Notes: generated from the letters alone by a model not told the origin. A DNA stretch of 64,000 bases from Candidatus Kerfeldbacteria bacterium (GCA_016207275.1 JACQPY010000013.1:90583-154582); one strand, 5' to 3'; positions 16,449-24,932 are shown, counted from the stretch's first letter. Numbers and translations are program-made.

Positions 16449-18122
16449 TTAGGGACGAACTACTTGACCTGGTTCAAGGTGGCGCGTGTGCGGTGAACCC
16501 GGTGGCACGGGAACGTGCGGTACCGATGGCCGCGGTGAGGATTGACGTGTTTCTTTGGGCGGTGTTGACTTTGCTGGTTTACCGCCAAAGGTTACGGGCG
16601 CTTGCTTAAGCGCTTCAGTTAAGGAAATTGGCGGTGGTGTGCTGATCACGTTCGGTTCCTCGACGACGCGCTCGCTGGTTAGATCAATGACCGGTTGGTT
16701 TGATCGCTGACCGCTCGGCGATCGTCGATCAGCGGCGACGTTCTCGCTCTCCGCCGTGCCCTTGAAAATTTCTTCCACCCCGCTCCAGCGTAAGATTTTG
16801 TCTTCGACGACATCACGCTGTGTGGCATAGCGTTCCCGCGAGACGCGAATAATCTTGTCCCGGTTACCAGCCCGCGGGAATACCTGATCAACCGGCGGTA
16901 ACCCGGTCGCCGAAAACGGATCCGAGGCCACACCGTCAATCATCAGCTTTAAGTAAATATCATACTTCGTCAGGTTGACGAGGTCGGTCTCGGTAAAAAC
17001 GGGGGCGAATTCTTTTTCTAAAAACTCGGCGTCGGCGGCGCCGATACGAAAACAGACGATCGTTCCAACGTTACCAAAGACGGCGGCGCTGACTGTTTCC
17101 GAAAGTTGTTCGATGTACTGATGGGCGATAATTAAGTTGAGATGGTACTTCCGGGCTTCCGAGAGAATGGTGGCAAATGACTCCGTGGCAAAATTTTGAA
17201 ACTCGTCGACGTACATATAGAAGTCGCGACGCTGCGGTTCGGGTTTATCAATCCGACTCATTGCCGCGAGTTGCAACTTCGTAATCATCATCGCCCCGAG
17301 GAGCGAACTATTATCTTCGCCAATCCGGCCTTTGGCTAGATTCATCAACAGAATTTTACCTTCGTCCATTAACCAGCGCAGGTCGAATGACGATTTTGGC
17401 TGCCCGACAATATTGCGGATAACCGAGGAGGACAAAAATTGTCCGACTTTGTTTTGAATTGGACTAATCGCTTCGGTGCGGAACTGGTTGGAGTAGGCGG
17501 AGAACTCTTCAATCCAGAAGGCTTTGACGATTGGATCAGTTACCTTGGTGATTATCTTGGCCCGGTACTTTTTATCGACTAACAGCCGGGTGACGCCGAG
17601 CAGCGTGGAGCCCGGGTACTCCAGGAGCGACAGAATGCAGTTACGGAGCACGTACTCCAGTCGCGGCCCCCAGGAATCGACCCAGATTTTTTTGAAGACG
17701 GCAATTAGCCCCGACGATACCAGGTGCCGGTGATTGGGGTCGACCGCTTCCAAGACGTTGAATGAAATGGGGTGATCAAAGTCGGCCGGATTGAAATAGA
17801 TGATGTCGTTAACTCGCGGCGACGGAATGAAATCGATTATTTTCTCAACGAGATCACCAAGCGGGTCAATCACGACCAAGCCGTGGCCGGTGTTGATGTC
17901 CGACATGATCATGTTCTCGAGCATGGTTGACTTACCCATGCCGGTTTTGCCAATGAGGTAGACGTGCCGACGTCGATCGTCAGTTTTAATACCGAACTTA
18001 CGCCGGACATTGTGGTAGTTTGTTTCGGCAAAATACGTCACCTCATCTTCAAGCAGTTGGTGGTCCGGCGGTGGCGGCGTGATAATCGGCGCGGGTTCGA
18101 GTTGCGGTTGCGGTTGATGCAT
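16449..18122 (-). CDS. VirD4/TraG/TrwB-like (type IV coupling-protein-like) P-loop ATPase, soluble, with a Pro/Ser-rich C-terminal tail
   Basis: Walker A LIGKTGMGKST, Walker B FYMYVDEFQNF, and a motif near the C-terminus of the ATPase core (LIIAHQYIEQL) of the AHQ/QxxQL type seen in T4CP/VirB4-class ATPases. There is no N-terminal TM segment. Confidence 0.55.
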   Translation of the reverse strand: MHQPQPQLEPAPIITPPPPDHQLLEDEVTYFAETNYHNVRRKFGIKTDDRRRHVYLIGKTGMGKSTMLENMIMSDINTGHGLVVIDPLGDLVEKIIDFIPSPRVNDIIYFNPADFDHPISFNVLEAVDPNHRHLVSSGLIAVFKKIWVDSWGPRLEYVLRNCILSLLEYPGSTLLGVTRLLVDKKYRAKIITKVTDPIVKAFWIEEFSAYSNQFRTEAISPIQNKVGQFLSSSVIRNIVGQPKSSFDLRWLMDEGKILLMNLAKGRIGEDNSSLLGAMMITKLQLAAMSRIDKPEPQRRDFYMYVDEFQNFATESFATILSEARKYHLNLIIAHQYIEQLSETVSAAVFGNVGTIVCFRIGAADAEFLEKEFAPVFTETDLVNLTKYDIYLKLMIDGVASDPFSATGLPPVDQVFPRAGNRDKIIRVSRERYATQRDVVEDKILRWSGVEEIFKGTAESENVAADRRSPSGQRSNQPVIDLTSERVVEEPNVISTPPPISLTEALKQAPVTFGGKPAKSTPPKETRQSSPRPSVPHVPVPPGSPHTRHLEPGQVVRP

Positions 18123-18125
18123 ACG

Positions 18126-19607
18126 CTAGAGCGGTAGGTTGTCCGGCGCTGATCCTCGTTTGGTTGAGATCGTTGGGTGGAGCGGCGGCGGCGCCTCCAC
18201 GGCGGGCAGAGGAATTGACGATGGCGGCCTGGCTGACGGCGCGATCGAAGCAACCGACGCGGCTTGCCCCGGGGAAAACGGCGTACCCCGTAAGAATTCG
18301 GCTTCAACCGGAAGCGTCGCCGGCGGCTCACCGCGCTTACTCTCGGTTTTTTGCACCCGCGGGGCTTTGACCACCGTGGTGACGGGGAAGTGGTAGAGGC
18401 TGGCGAGCTCTTCGATGTTGAGAATGAACTTATTGCGCCCGCGTTTTAGGCTACGGTACTTGTATCCGTACAGCCGGCGCCATTTTCTCCAGTTGCCGCG
18501 CAGGGTGACGAACCATAATTCGGCGTTCGTTTTTGTTTTTTTGTCAATCATAAACCCGTTTAGATCAAGCGTATTAAACTGCCGCATCGCTCCAACCATG
18601 GCCGGACGACGGGTTCGGTTAAAAACGTCGTGTTTAGCTAGGTACATCAGCCGTATTTTTGATAGGTAGGCTGGTTTAGAGAGTTTAATGCCGACTTGTT
18701 CGACGGCCGTCCGCTCATGCGGCGGCAAGTGGAGCATCAGGCTCGGCGGCGTCCGGTCCTGACCAGTTTCGCTCGCCAGCGGCGACGGCGGGATGACACT
18801 GGCCACCGCCGATTCGTAGAGCCCTTGGGAAACCCAGGCCGGCAGCCAGCCCAAGTTTGATTTTTTTTCGATCACCTTGGAACCGATAAGTTTTTTCACC
18901 AGCCGAACGCCTTCGTCGCGCCAGCGGTCACTAGCCGGTTCAATAACGATCTGCATCCAATATTGTTCACCGCGGCCGAGACGCGAAAAAGTTTCTAAAA
19001 TGTTAGCCATCGGGTCAAAGAACGTTTGGGATAAGCTATGCTCAAACGACGGATAGGTTTTAATGGGGTAATATTGCTTGTTGGTCAGCTTGAGTTCCGT
19101 TCCCCACAGGTCGAATTCCTCGTTTGGAAACTTAGGTTGAAAGGCGGCGGTATAATCATTAACCTCAGCGATCTCGGCGTTCGGATACTGGGCGTAAAAA
19201 GCCGCCTCGACCAGGTCGCGAAACTTCTCCGGAGTCCGGATTAAAAACTGAACGCAGCCCTCGATGCTGATCAGCTCGAGCGAAAAGCCCAGCTGGGTAT
19301 AGCCATCAATAAAACGCTCCTTGATGTTGCCGAGCTTTTGGACGCCGAGCAGGTGCGCGAAAATTTGCTCGACCGCCTTAGGGCTCTGTTCATTCTCCTT
19401 CGGGACGTCAATCGCCAAGAGGACGTACTTTTGCGCCCCGGAAAACCTATTTCGAATGTACTCAAGCCAACCCTGCCAGCCACCATAGATAAAGACCGGA
19501 ATCAACACCAGCCAGGCACCGTGGGCAAACAAAAACCACATGGTGGCAAAGGGGTTGGTCACCCCACCAGCACCCGTGACGGTACTCAGGTCGATGACGA
19601 TTTCCAT
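18126..19607 (-). CDS. Large single-pass membrane protein of unknown function (493 aa), co-operonic with the T4CP-like ATPase
   Basis: One N-terminal TM helix (FATMWFLFAHGAWLVLIPVFIYGGW), then a roughly 400-aa soluble domain and a Pro/Ser-rich tail. It sits 3 nt upstream of the ATPase gene and 12 nt downstream of the regulator-like gene. Confidence 0.5.
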   Translation of the reverse strand: MEIVIDLSTVTGAGGVTNPFATMWFLFAHGAWLVLIPVFIYGGWQGWLEYIRNRFSGAQKYVLLAIDVPKENEQSPKAVEQIFAHLLGVQKLGNIKERFIDGYTQLGFSLELISIEGCVQFLIRTPEKFRDLVEAAFYAQYPNAEIAEVNDYTAAFQPKFPNEEFDLWGTELKLTNKQYYPIKTYPSFEHSLSQTFFDPMANILETFSRLGRGEQYWMQIVIEPASDRWRDEGVRLVKKLIGSKVIEKKSNLGWLPAWVSQGLYESAVASVIPPSPLASETGQDRTPPSLMLHLPPHERTAVEQVGIKLSKPAYLSKIRLMYLAKHDVFNRTRRPAMVGAMRQFNTLDLNGFMIDKKTKTNAELWFVTLRGNWRKWRRLYGYKYRSLKRGRNKFILNIEELASLYHFPVTTVVKAPRVQKTESKRGEPPATLPVEAEFLRGTPFSPGQAASVASIAPSARPPSSIPLPAVEAPPPLHPTISTKRGSAPDNLPL

Positions 19608-19619
19608 GTCACTGTTTAT

Positions 19620-20765
19620 TTAACTCTTGATCACGAGTCCGTACGCACCGGTTGGCAACCGCTGAAACAGCTTTTTATTGGTCAGCGCAAGGAGCACCGT
19701 ATTTCGTTTGACCAGTCGTTGCCGCAGCACCGCTGCAACCAGTTCATCCCGGGGCAGCGGTCGGTTAGCTCGCTGGAGGATGTCAACGAGCACATCAGCG
19801 ACGACGCCCGGTTTGTATCCCCACTCTTTCAGCGCGTAGATACCGCGGCCCACCAAAACATACTCCGGGTTGAGGATTAGTTCATTGTGGACTGTCGGCG
19901 GGTAGGCTCGTCGCCGGTCAAACCCGGCTTCGTTGATGCGCTGGGCAATTTCGGTAAAATGCATCGGCTTCCCGTGCTTGCGCATGATTAAGATAATTTT
20001 GTCGTTCATCCGTTTGGGCACGATGGTCCCCCACGTCGCTAGCCCAAACTCACCAAAGGGGTTGCGCGCGAGCTGGTTAGCGAGCGTGACGTACGCCAGC
20101 ACGGTTTCATCGGTAAACCAATTCTCATGTTGGCGATAGAGCGGTCGCTGGCGGAAGACGTCGAGCAGCTGATCGCGAGTCATCGGTGCACCGTGCTCAC
20201 GGGTGACGGTGGTTAGGGTATCAACCGCTTGGCGAACCAACTCGAGCGATTGCGCCTTCAGTTTCCAGCTGGCCCGAAAGACCTCGTCGCTTGGCCGTGA
20301 CTCGAAGCGATGGTTCAAGAGTTGCTCGAGGATAAACAGTAGGGCCCGACGTTGTTCAGGAGTATTCCCCGCGTGGCTTAAGGCTTCAGCAAAAAACGCT
20401 TGCTCTTCCATCATGCCGCCGTGGCCGTTCAGCACGATCAGGAGCAAACGCTCGATCGGTCCGAGTTGGTCGCGAAACTGTCGGGAACGCCGGATCTTTT
20501 GCACGGCTCCGCTTTCGATCTGCCGAATACGTTCACGGGTAACGTGGTACAGTTTGCCGATTTCCTCCAACGTTTGTGGCGCGTTGCCGTGTAATCCAAA
20601 CCGCCGACGAAGCACTTCCTGTTCTTTGTCGGTCAGCGATTTAATCAACCCGCCAAACGTTTCAGTCGGAACGAAACCCTCGATCGCTTGCGCATGCTGG
20701 CTCGATAGAACGCGATCAAGGATTGATCCGGACGGGCTCCTGCTGGGACTCTGATCGTCGGGCAT
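19620..20765 (-). CDS. Sigma-70 region-4-like domain protein with two C-terminal HARE-HTH-like domains. The start is placed at the second Met, because the first ATG (20786) abuts the -10 element
   Basis: N-terminal region-4-like HTH: LTDKEQEVLRRRFGLHGNAPQTLEEIGKLYHVTRERIRQIESGAVQKIRR. C-terminal HARE-HTH-like segments: KIILIMRKHGKPMHFTEIAQRINEAGFD...VGRGIYALKEW and VADVLVDILQRANRPLPRDELVAAVL...GAYGLV. No sigma region 2 is present. Confidence 0.55.
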   Translation of the reverse strand: MPDDQSPSRSPSGSILDRVLSSQHAQAIEGFVPTETFGGLIKSLTDKEQEVLRRRFGLHGNAPQTLEEIGKLYHVTRERIRQIESGAVQKIRRSRQFRDQLGPIERLLLIVLNGHGGMMEEQAFFAEALSHAGNTPEQRRALLFILEQLLNHRFESRPSDEVFRASWKLKAQSLELVRQAVDTLTTVTREHGAPMTRDQLLDVFRQRPLYRQHENWFTDETVLAYVTLANQLARNPFGEFGLATWGTIVPKRMNDKIILIMRKHGKPMHFTEIAQRINEAGFDRRRAYPPTVHNELILNPEYVLVGRGIYALKEWGYKPGVVADVLVDILQRANRPLPRDELVAAVLRQRLVKRNTVLLALTNKKLFQRLPTGAYGLVIKS

Positions 20766-20787
20766 ACTGATATTTAAAAACAACATT

Positions 20788-20816
20788 AGTATAGCATACT
20801 AGCAATTATCTGTCAA
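20788..20816 (-). promoter_or_regulatory. Strong sigma-70-type promoter TTGACA-17-TATACT for the three-gene operon (regulator-like / membrane / ATPase)
   Basis: On the minus strand: ccTTGACAgataattgctagtatgcTATACTaATG. The -35 is perfect, the spacer is 17 nt, and the -10 matches 5 of 6. It sits in a locally AT-rich patch. Confidence 0.55.
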
Positions 20817-20831
20817 GGAATGGGTTGACAG
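20810..20831 (-). promoter_or_regulatory. Perfect 7-bp inverted repeat CTGTCAA-N8-TTGACAG overlapping the -35 element; operator-like
   Basis: The minus strand reads ctgtcaa cccattcc ttgacag. The right half-site is the -35 hexamer itself. Confidence 0.4.
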
Positions 20832-20850
20832 GGAGGTCTTGGATTACTGC

Positions 20851-20880
20851 GGTAAATAAAAAACCTGGCCGGCGACCAGG
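20851..20880 (-). terminator. Putative rho-independent terminator after secF
   Basis: A GC stem cctgg...ccagg (20864-20868 / 20876-20880) followed on the minus strand by TTTTTTATTT. The stem is short. Confidence 0.35.
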
Positions 20881-20898
20881 AAATTTGTCCCTCACTCC

Positions 20899-21795
20899 TT
20901 ATCGGCGCCGAGCCTTCCAGCGTTCGTAGACGACTAACAACGGCGAAGCAACGAAGATCGACGAGTATGTTCCTGAGGTAATCCCGATAATCAAGGCTAA
21001 AACAAAGTACTTGACTGTTTGGCCACCAAACAGATAGAGGGCCACCAGCACCAAGACCGTCGTGAACGAGGTGTTAATAGATCGTATGAGCGTCTGGTTA
21101 AGACTTTCATTAACGATCGCCTCGAATGTTTGGGCCGCGCTCGTTCGTAGCCGTTCACGCACCCGGTCGAAAACCACAATCGTATCGTGAACGGAAAATC
21201 CGAGAACCGTTAACAGCGCGGTGACGAAGAGGGCGTTAATTTCGACGTTAAAGAAATGGCCGAGGACCGCGAATGCGCCGATGACCATCAACACATCATG
21301 GACCAGGGCGAGGAGCGCTGACAGGCCGTAGACCCATGACGGCACCGGACCAACTGAGACTTTCCGAAAGGCCCAGGTGATGTAGATGATGATTGCCAGC
21401 AAGACCAGGGCGAGGGCGGTGATGGCCCGCTGCTTAAGTTCACCCCCGATGGTTGGACCAACCGTCTCAAAAGAAAGTTCGTCCGCGGCGGGGAACGTTT
21501 TCTTGAGTTTGTCCAACAGCGCTTGGTGCTGCTCACTGGTGATAAACGGCAGACGAATGATAGCGCTGGCTTCGCCGGCGGATTGAACGTTGATTTCGCC
21601 TGGGGAAACACCGGCCAGACTGGTGGCGATCTGATCGACCGTTACCGCCGACGGAAGACGAATGGTCAGGACCGAGCCGCCGGTAAAGTCGATGCCGAGA
21701 CGCAGCCCCCACACGACCAAGCCGATCACGCCAGGGATGAGCAGCGCCAAGGACAGCGCAAACAAGTAGTTTCGTTTTTCGATAATCCGGTACAT
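20899..21795 (-). CDS. secF: Protein-export membrane protein SecF
   Basis: MYRIIEKRNYLFALSLALLIPGVIGLVVWGLRLGIDFTGGSVLTIRL... with six TM helices. Confidence 0.9.
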   Translation of the reverse strand: MYRIIEKRNYLFALSLALLIPGVIGLVVWGLRLGIDFTGGSVLTIRLPSAVTVDQIATSLAGVSPGEINVQSAGEASAIIRLPFITSEQHQALLDKLKKTFPAADELSFETVGPTIGGELKQRAITALALVLLAIIIYITWAFRKVSVGPVPSWVYGLSALLALVHDVLMVIGAFAVLGHFFNVEINALFVTALLTVLGFSVHDTIVVFDRVRERLRTSAAQTFEAIVNESLNQTLIRSINTSFTTVLVLVALYLFGGQTVKYFVLALIIGITSGTYSSIFVASPLLVVYERWKARRR

Positions 21796-21798
21796 CGG

Positions 21799-23448
21799 TT
21801 AGGCGATCGGCGGGCCCGCGCTTAGCCGCGGCCCAATTAATCCTCGATGTCGATCGAGCCAGGCAGTAATGGTCAAACGAAGAAAGGTTCGGCTGATCGT
21901 AATCGCGGAAAACATACTGACGATAATGCCGATGGCCAAGGTGATGGCGAAGCCTTTGATGATACTGGTGCCGAACCAGGCGAGAATAAAAGCGGTAATC
22001 AGGGAAGAAACGTTCGAGTCGCGAATGGACAGCCAGGCTCGTCGAAAGCCTTCCCCGAGTGCACTCTGAAGCGGTCGGCCAGCCCGCAGCTCTTCACGAA
22101 AACGCTCGAAAATCAGAATGTTGGCGTCCACGGCCATACCGATAGAGAGAATGAAACCGGCGACGCCGGCCAGGGTCAGCGTCACTGGCCACAGCTTAAA
22201 GATTGCTAAGACCATGACGGCGTAGGCAATCAGGGCGATCGACGCCAGCAGGCCAGGTACACGGTAGAAGCCGATCATGAACAGCATGACGACGGCAATG
22301 CCCACCAAGCCAGCGAACAAGCTGCGGGTGACCGAATCCTGACCGAGCGTCGGGCCGACGGTTTGCTGACTGATTAACGTGATCGGCACGGGCAAGGCAC
22401 CGGCATTCAAACGACGAGCCAGCGTTTTAGCCTCGTCAATCGTAAAGTCGCCGGTAATCACTGCCGTGCCGCCGGTAATTTCTTGCTGGACTACGGGAAC
22501 TGAAATCGGGGCGTTGTCGAGGTAGATGGCCACCTGCTTGCCAACGTTGCGTTTGGTTATTTCAGCGAATAGTTTGGTGCCCTCATCGTCGAACTGGAGA
22601 CTGACTTCTGGCTCACCGGTGTTGGGATTAAACTGAACGGCGGCGGAACGAAGCTGCTTACCGGATAACCCCGTGAGCGCATAACCCTCGGGATTCGATA
22701 GATCATTAATGGCGACCAAGATATGCTGACCATGGACTTCGAGGATAGTTTGATCGCCTTCTTGAACCTGTCGCGACTCAATTCGTTTAACGAGGTGGTA
22801 ACCAAATTCGGTTTTAACCGGCGGGGACGAAACCTGTCCGTCGCTTAAGGTATCAAAAAGAGTTTGTTCGAACGCGGGGACAAATTGGCCGCGGCGAGCA
22901 AAGCCCAAGTCACCGCCTGAGTTTTTTGAACCGGGGTCGTCAGAGTACTCTTTGGCGACCGTCGCAAAGTCCACCGTCGCCTGGCGCACCTTGGCCGCAA
23001 CTTCATCAGCACGGGCTTTAGCCTCGGTTTCGGAACGGAGTTGTTTCGCCGCTGCCGTCTCGCGAAAATCAAGTAGCGGCGTTTCACCAATTTGTCGGAT
23101 GGCCTCCTGGACGTCTTTAACCCCGGCCAGTTCAACGGAAACCCGCCACCGGTCCCCGACTCGACTGGTTTGGACAACCGGCTCAGATACGCCAAAGGCG
23201 TTGACCCGCCGTTCAATCACGTCGCGGACGCCCTGCAGGGCGTCTTCCCGATCGCTGGTTTTAACCCGAGTGGTGTCGGCGTCGTAGACTAACCGCGTGC
23301 CGCCTTGTAAATCAAGACCAAGATGAACTTTCAGTTCCTTGCGGTACGAGCCAACCGCCACGTCAGGAGCGCTGGGATAGACGACGTACCCACCGGCCAG
23401 GACCACCAGGACAATGAGGATAAACGTAATCCAGACGTTCCGTCGCAT
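21799..23448 (-). CDS. secD: Protein-export membrane protein SecD
   Basis: An N-terminal TM helix, a periplasmic domain, and the C-terminal six-TM bundle (GPTLGQDSVTRSLFAGLVGIAVVMLFM...). It sits 3 nt upstream of secF. Confidence 0.9.
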   Translation of the reverse strand: MRRNVWITFILIVLVVLAGGYVVYPSAPDVAVGSYRKELKVHLGLDLQGGTRLVYDADTTRVKTSDREDALQGVRDVIERRVNAFGVSEPVVQTSRVGDRWRVSVELAGVKDVQEAIRQIGETPLLDFRETAAAKQLRSETEAKARADEVAAKVRQATVDFATVAKEYSDDPGSKNSGGDLGFARRGQFVPAFEQTLFDTLSDGQVSSPPVKTEFGYHLVKRIESRQVQEGDQTILEVHGQHILVAINDLSNPEGYALTGLSGKQLRSAAVQFNPNTGEPEVSLQFDDEGTKLFAEITKRNVGKQVAIYLDNAPISVPVVQQEITGGTAVITGDFTIDEAKTLARRLNAGALPVPITLISQQTVGPTLGQDSVTRSLFAGLVGIAVVMLFMIGFYRVPGLLASIALIAYAVMVLAIFKLWPVTLTLAGVAGFILSIGMAVDANILIFERFREELRAGRPLQSALGEGFRRAWLSIRDSNVSSLITAFILAWFGTSIIKGFAITLAIGIIVSMFSAITISRTFLRLTITAWLDRHRGLIGPRLSAGPPIA

Positions 23449-23484
23449 GGGACGTTAGTATGGTAGCGGAAACGAGTCAGCCGG

Positions 23485-24888
23485 TCAACGCTCAACAATC
23501 ACGGGCGTGGCCACGGTCGCCCAGTGGTAGAGCTTCTTCGCTTCCGCTAAGGTTTGACGGATGCAACCATGTGAGACTGCCGTCCCCAGGTGGCCAACGC
23601 CTTCGTACCGTTTTCCCCCGCCGTTCGTTTTCCAGAATGGCAAGGCATGCATGCCGTAGGAACCATCGGGCGTAAAGGCCATCCACCATTCCATGTACAG
23701 GTCGTAGGGCTTAGCGTACGCGACCGTAATTTTGTTTTTAACGGCAAACGTGCCGATTGGTGTTGGCGTCGTCCACTTGCCAGTCGAGACTTGATGGGTG
23801 CCGAGCAGCAGCCCATTCTGGTAGTAGCGGAGCTTTTGTTCTGATAGATCAATGGCGATGTAGCGGTATAAATCCAAACGGCCATCGGTGCCAACCGCGC
23901 CGGGACCGACCAGCACGCCGCTGCTTCCTGCGGCAACAAAGACGCCACCGCGGAATTGCTGTTCGTACGCCAGGAACGAATGTTTTTGCCTGCCGTTGAG
24001 CGAAAAGATGCGGACGTGCGGTTTGCTACCTGGACCCTGGGCGGCGACGATTTCGGCGATACCGTCGCCGTCCAGGTCGCCGGCGGCGATCTGGACGCCA
24101 CCGGTAAACGAGGCGGCAAATGCGTAAAACGTTTGTTCGTACTGCTGACGATTAGGATCAAAAACGCGGACGCGGGTCGAAGCCGATCGTTCCTGGGCCA
24201 TGACGAGCCGACTGCGCTGGCCAGTGACTGCGGCGACGGCCACAACTACCCCCGCGGTTGAGCCGGGAAACGGCCGCAAGCTTAGACCAGCGTACTGACC
24301 GTCAGGAGTGAACGAGCGAACGTGGCTTGTCCCGTAGCCGGAACCGGTCACGATTCGCGTTTCACCGTTCGACCCCAGCGGTCCAGCGGCGACGCTGACG
24401 CCGCCGCGAAAACGTTTGTCATAGACGAAAAAGGCGGTTTGACGCGAGCCGTCGGCGTTAAAGACACGCACCTCAGGGCCGCCACCACTCCCCGGCGCGG
24501 TCACGATTTCTGCTCGACCGTCACCAGTCAAGTCGTAGGCCGCGACCCGAATCCCGCCCCGAAAACCGCGGTCGTAGGCAAAAAAGCGGCGAACGAGCCG
24601 GCCGTCGCGAGCGTAAATACGTACCTCTGGTCCGCCGCCAGGGCCCGCGCCGGTAATGATCTCGTCCGCGCCATCACCGTCGATGTCGCTCAGCGCCACG
24701 GTTACACCACCACGAAAAGTTTTACGGTAGGCGGTGATTGATTGCTGTCGGTTCCCGTTTGGCGAAAATAAATGGACCTCAGGTTCCATTCGGCCAGTTA
24801 CCGCCGCCTCGACTCGGTCAGCACGTAGCGCAAAAAACAGGCTCACGACTATGGCGATACTGGCGAGCGCTTCAACCGATGTTCGCAT
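23485..24888 (-). CDS. Secreted L,D-transpeptidase (YkuD domain) with four N-terminal FG-GAP-like repeats
   Basis: A signal-peptide-like N-terminus, then four repeats of the form FRGG.x.VAxxDxDGDGxxEIVTGxGPGGGPEVRVF. The C-terminal YkuD catalytic domain has GTHQVSTGKW...TPTPIGTFAV...HGCIRQ. Confidence 0.75.
   Translation of the reverse strand: MRTSVEALASIAIVVSLFFALRADRVEAAVTGRMEPEVHLFSPNGNRQQSITAYRKTFRGGVTVALSDIDGDGADEIITGAGPGGGPEVRIYARDGRLVRRFFAYDRGFRGGIRVAAYDLTGDGRAEIVTAPGSGGGPEVRVFNADGSRQTAFFVYDKRFRGGVSVAAGPLGSNGETRIVTGSGYGTSHVRSFTPDGQYAGLSLRPFPGSTAGVVVAVAAVTGQRSRLVMAQERSASTRVRVFDPNRQQYEQTFYAFAASFTGGVQIAAGDLDGDGIAEIVAAQGPGSKPHVRIFSLNGRQKHSFLAYEQQFRGGVFVAAGSSGVLVGPGAVGTDGRLDLYRYIAIDLSEQKLRYYQNGLLLGTHQVSTGKWTTPTPIGTFAVKNKITVAYAKPYDLYMEWWMAFTPDGSYGMHALPFWKTNGGGKRYEGVGHLGTAVSHGCIRQTLAEAKKLYHWATVATPVIVER
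23991..24726 (-). repeat. Intragenic tandem array of FG-GAP-like repeat units (about 55-60 aa each) inside the L,D-transpeptidase gene
   Basis: The DxDGDG...EIVT...PEVRVF unit recurs four times at the protein level and visibly at the DNA level (gccggcggcgat / gtcgatgtcgct ... gtcgcc motifs). Confidence 0.6.
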
Positions 24889-24932
24889 AGTTTCTTCCGA
24901 CTTCTACCCTGAAGCAGAGTTCACCAGGGAGA

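Noticed and set aside
20825-20860. Plus-strand TTGACA at 20825 considered as a plus-strand promoter.
   Set aside because: - No acceptable -10 at 16-19 nt downstream, and no plus-strand gene follows.
- The hexamer is better explained as the left arm of the minus-strand palindrome.
23547-24245. 232-aa same-strand alternative-frame ORF inside the L,D-transpeptidase gene.
   Set aside because: - It is out of frame with a gene that has strong domain evidence (FG-GAP repeats plus the YkuD HGCIRQ motif).
- Its Pro/Ala/Ser/Arg-rich composition is an artefact.
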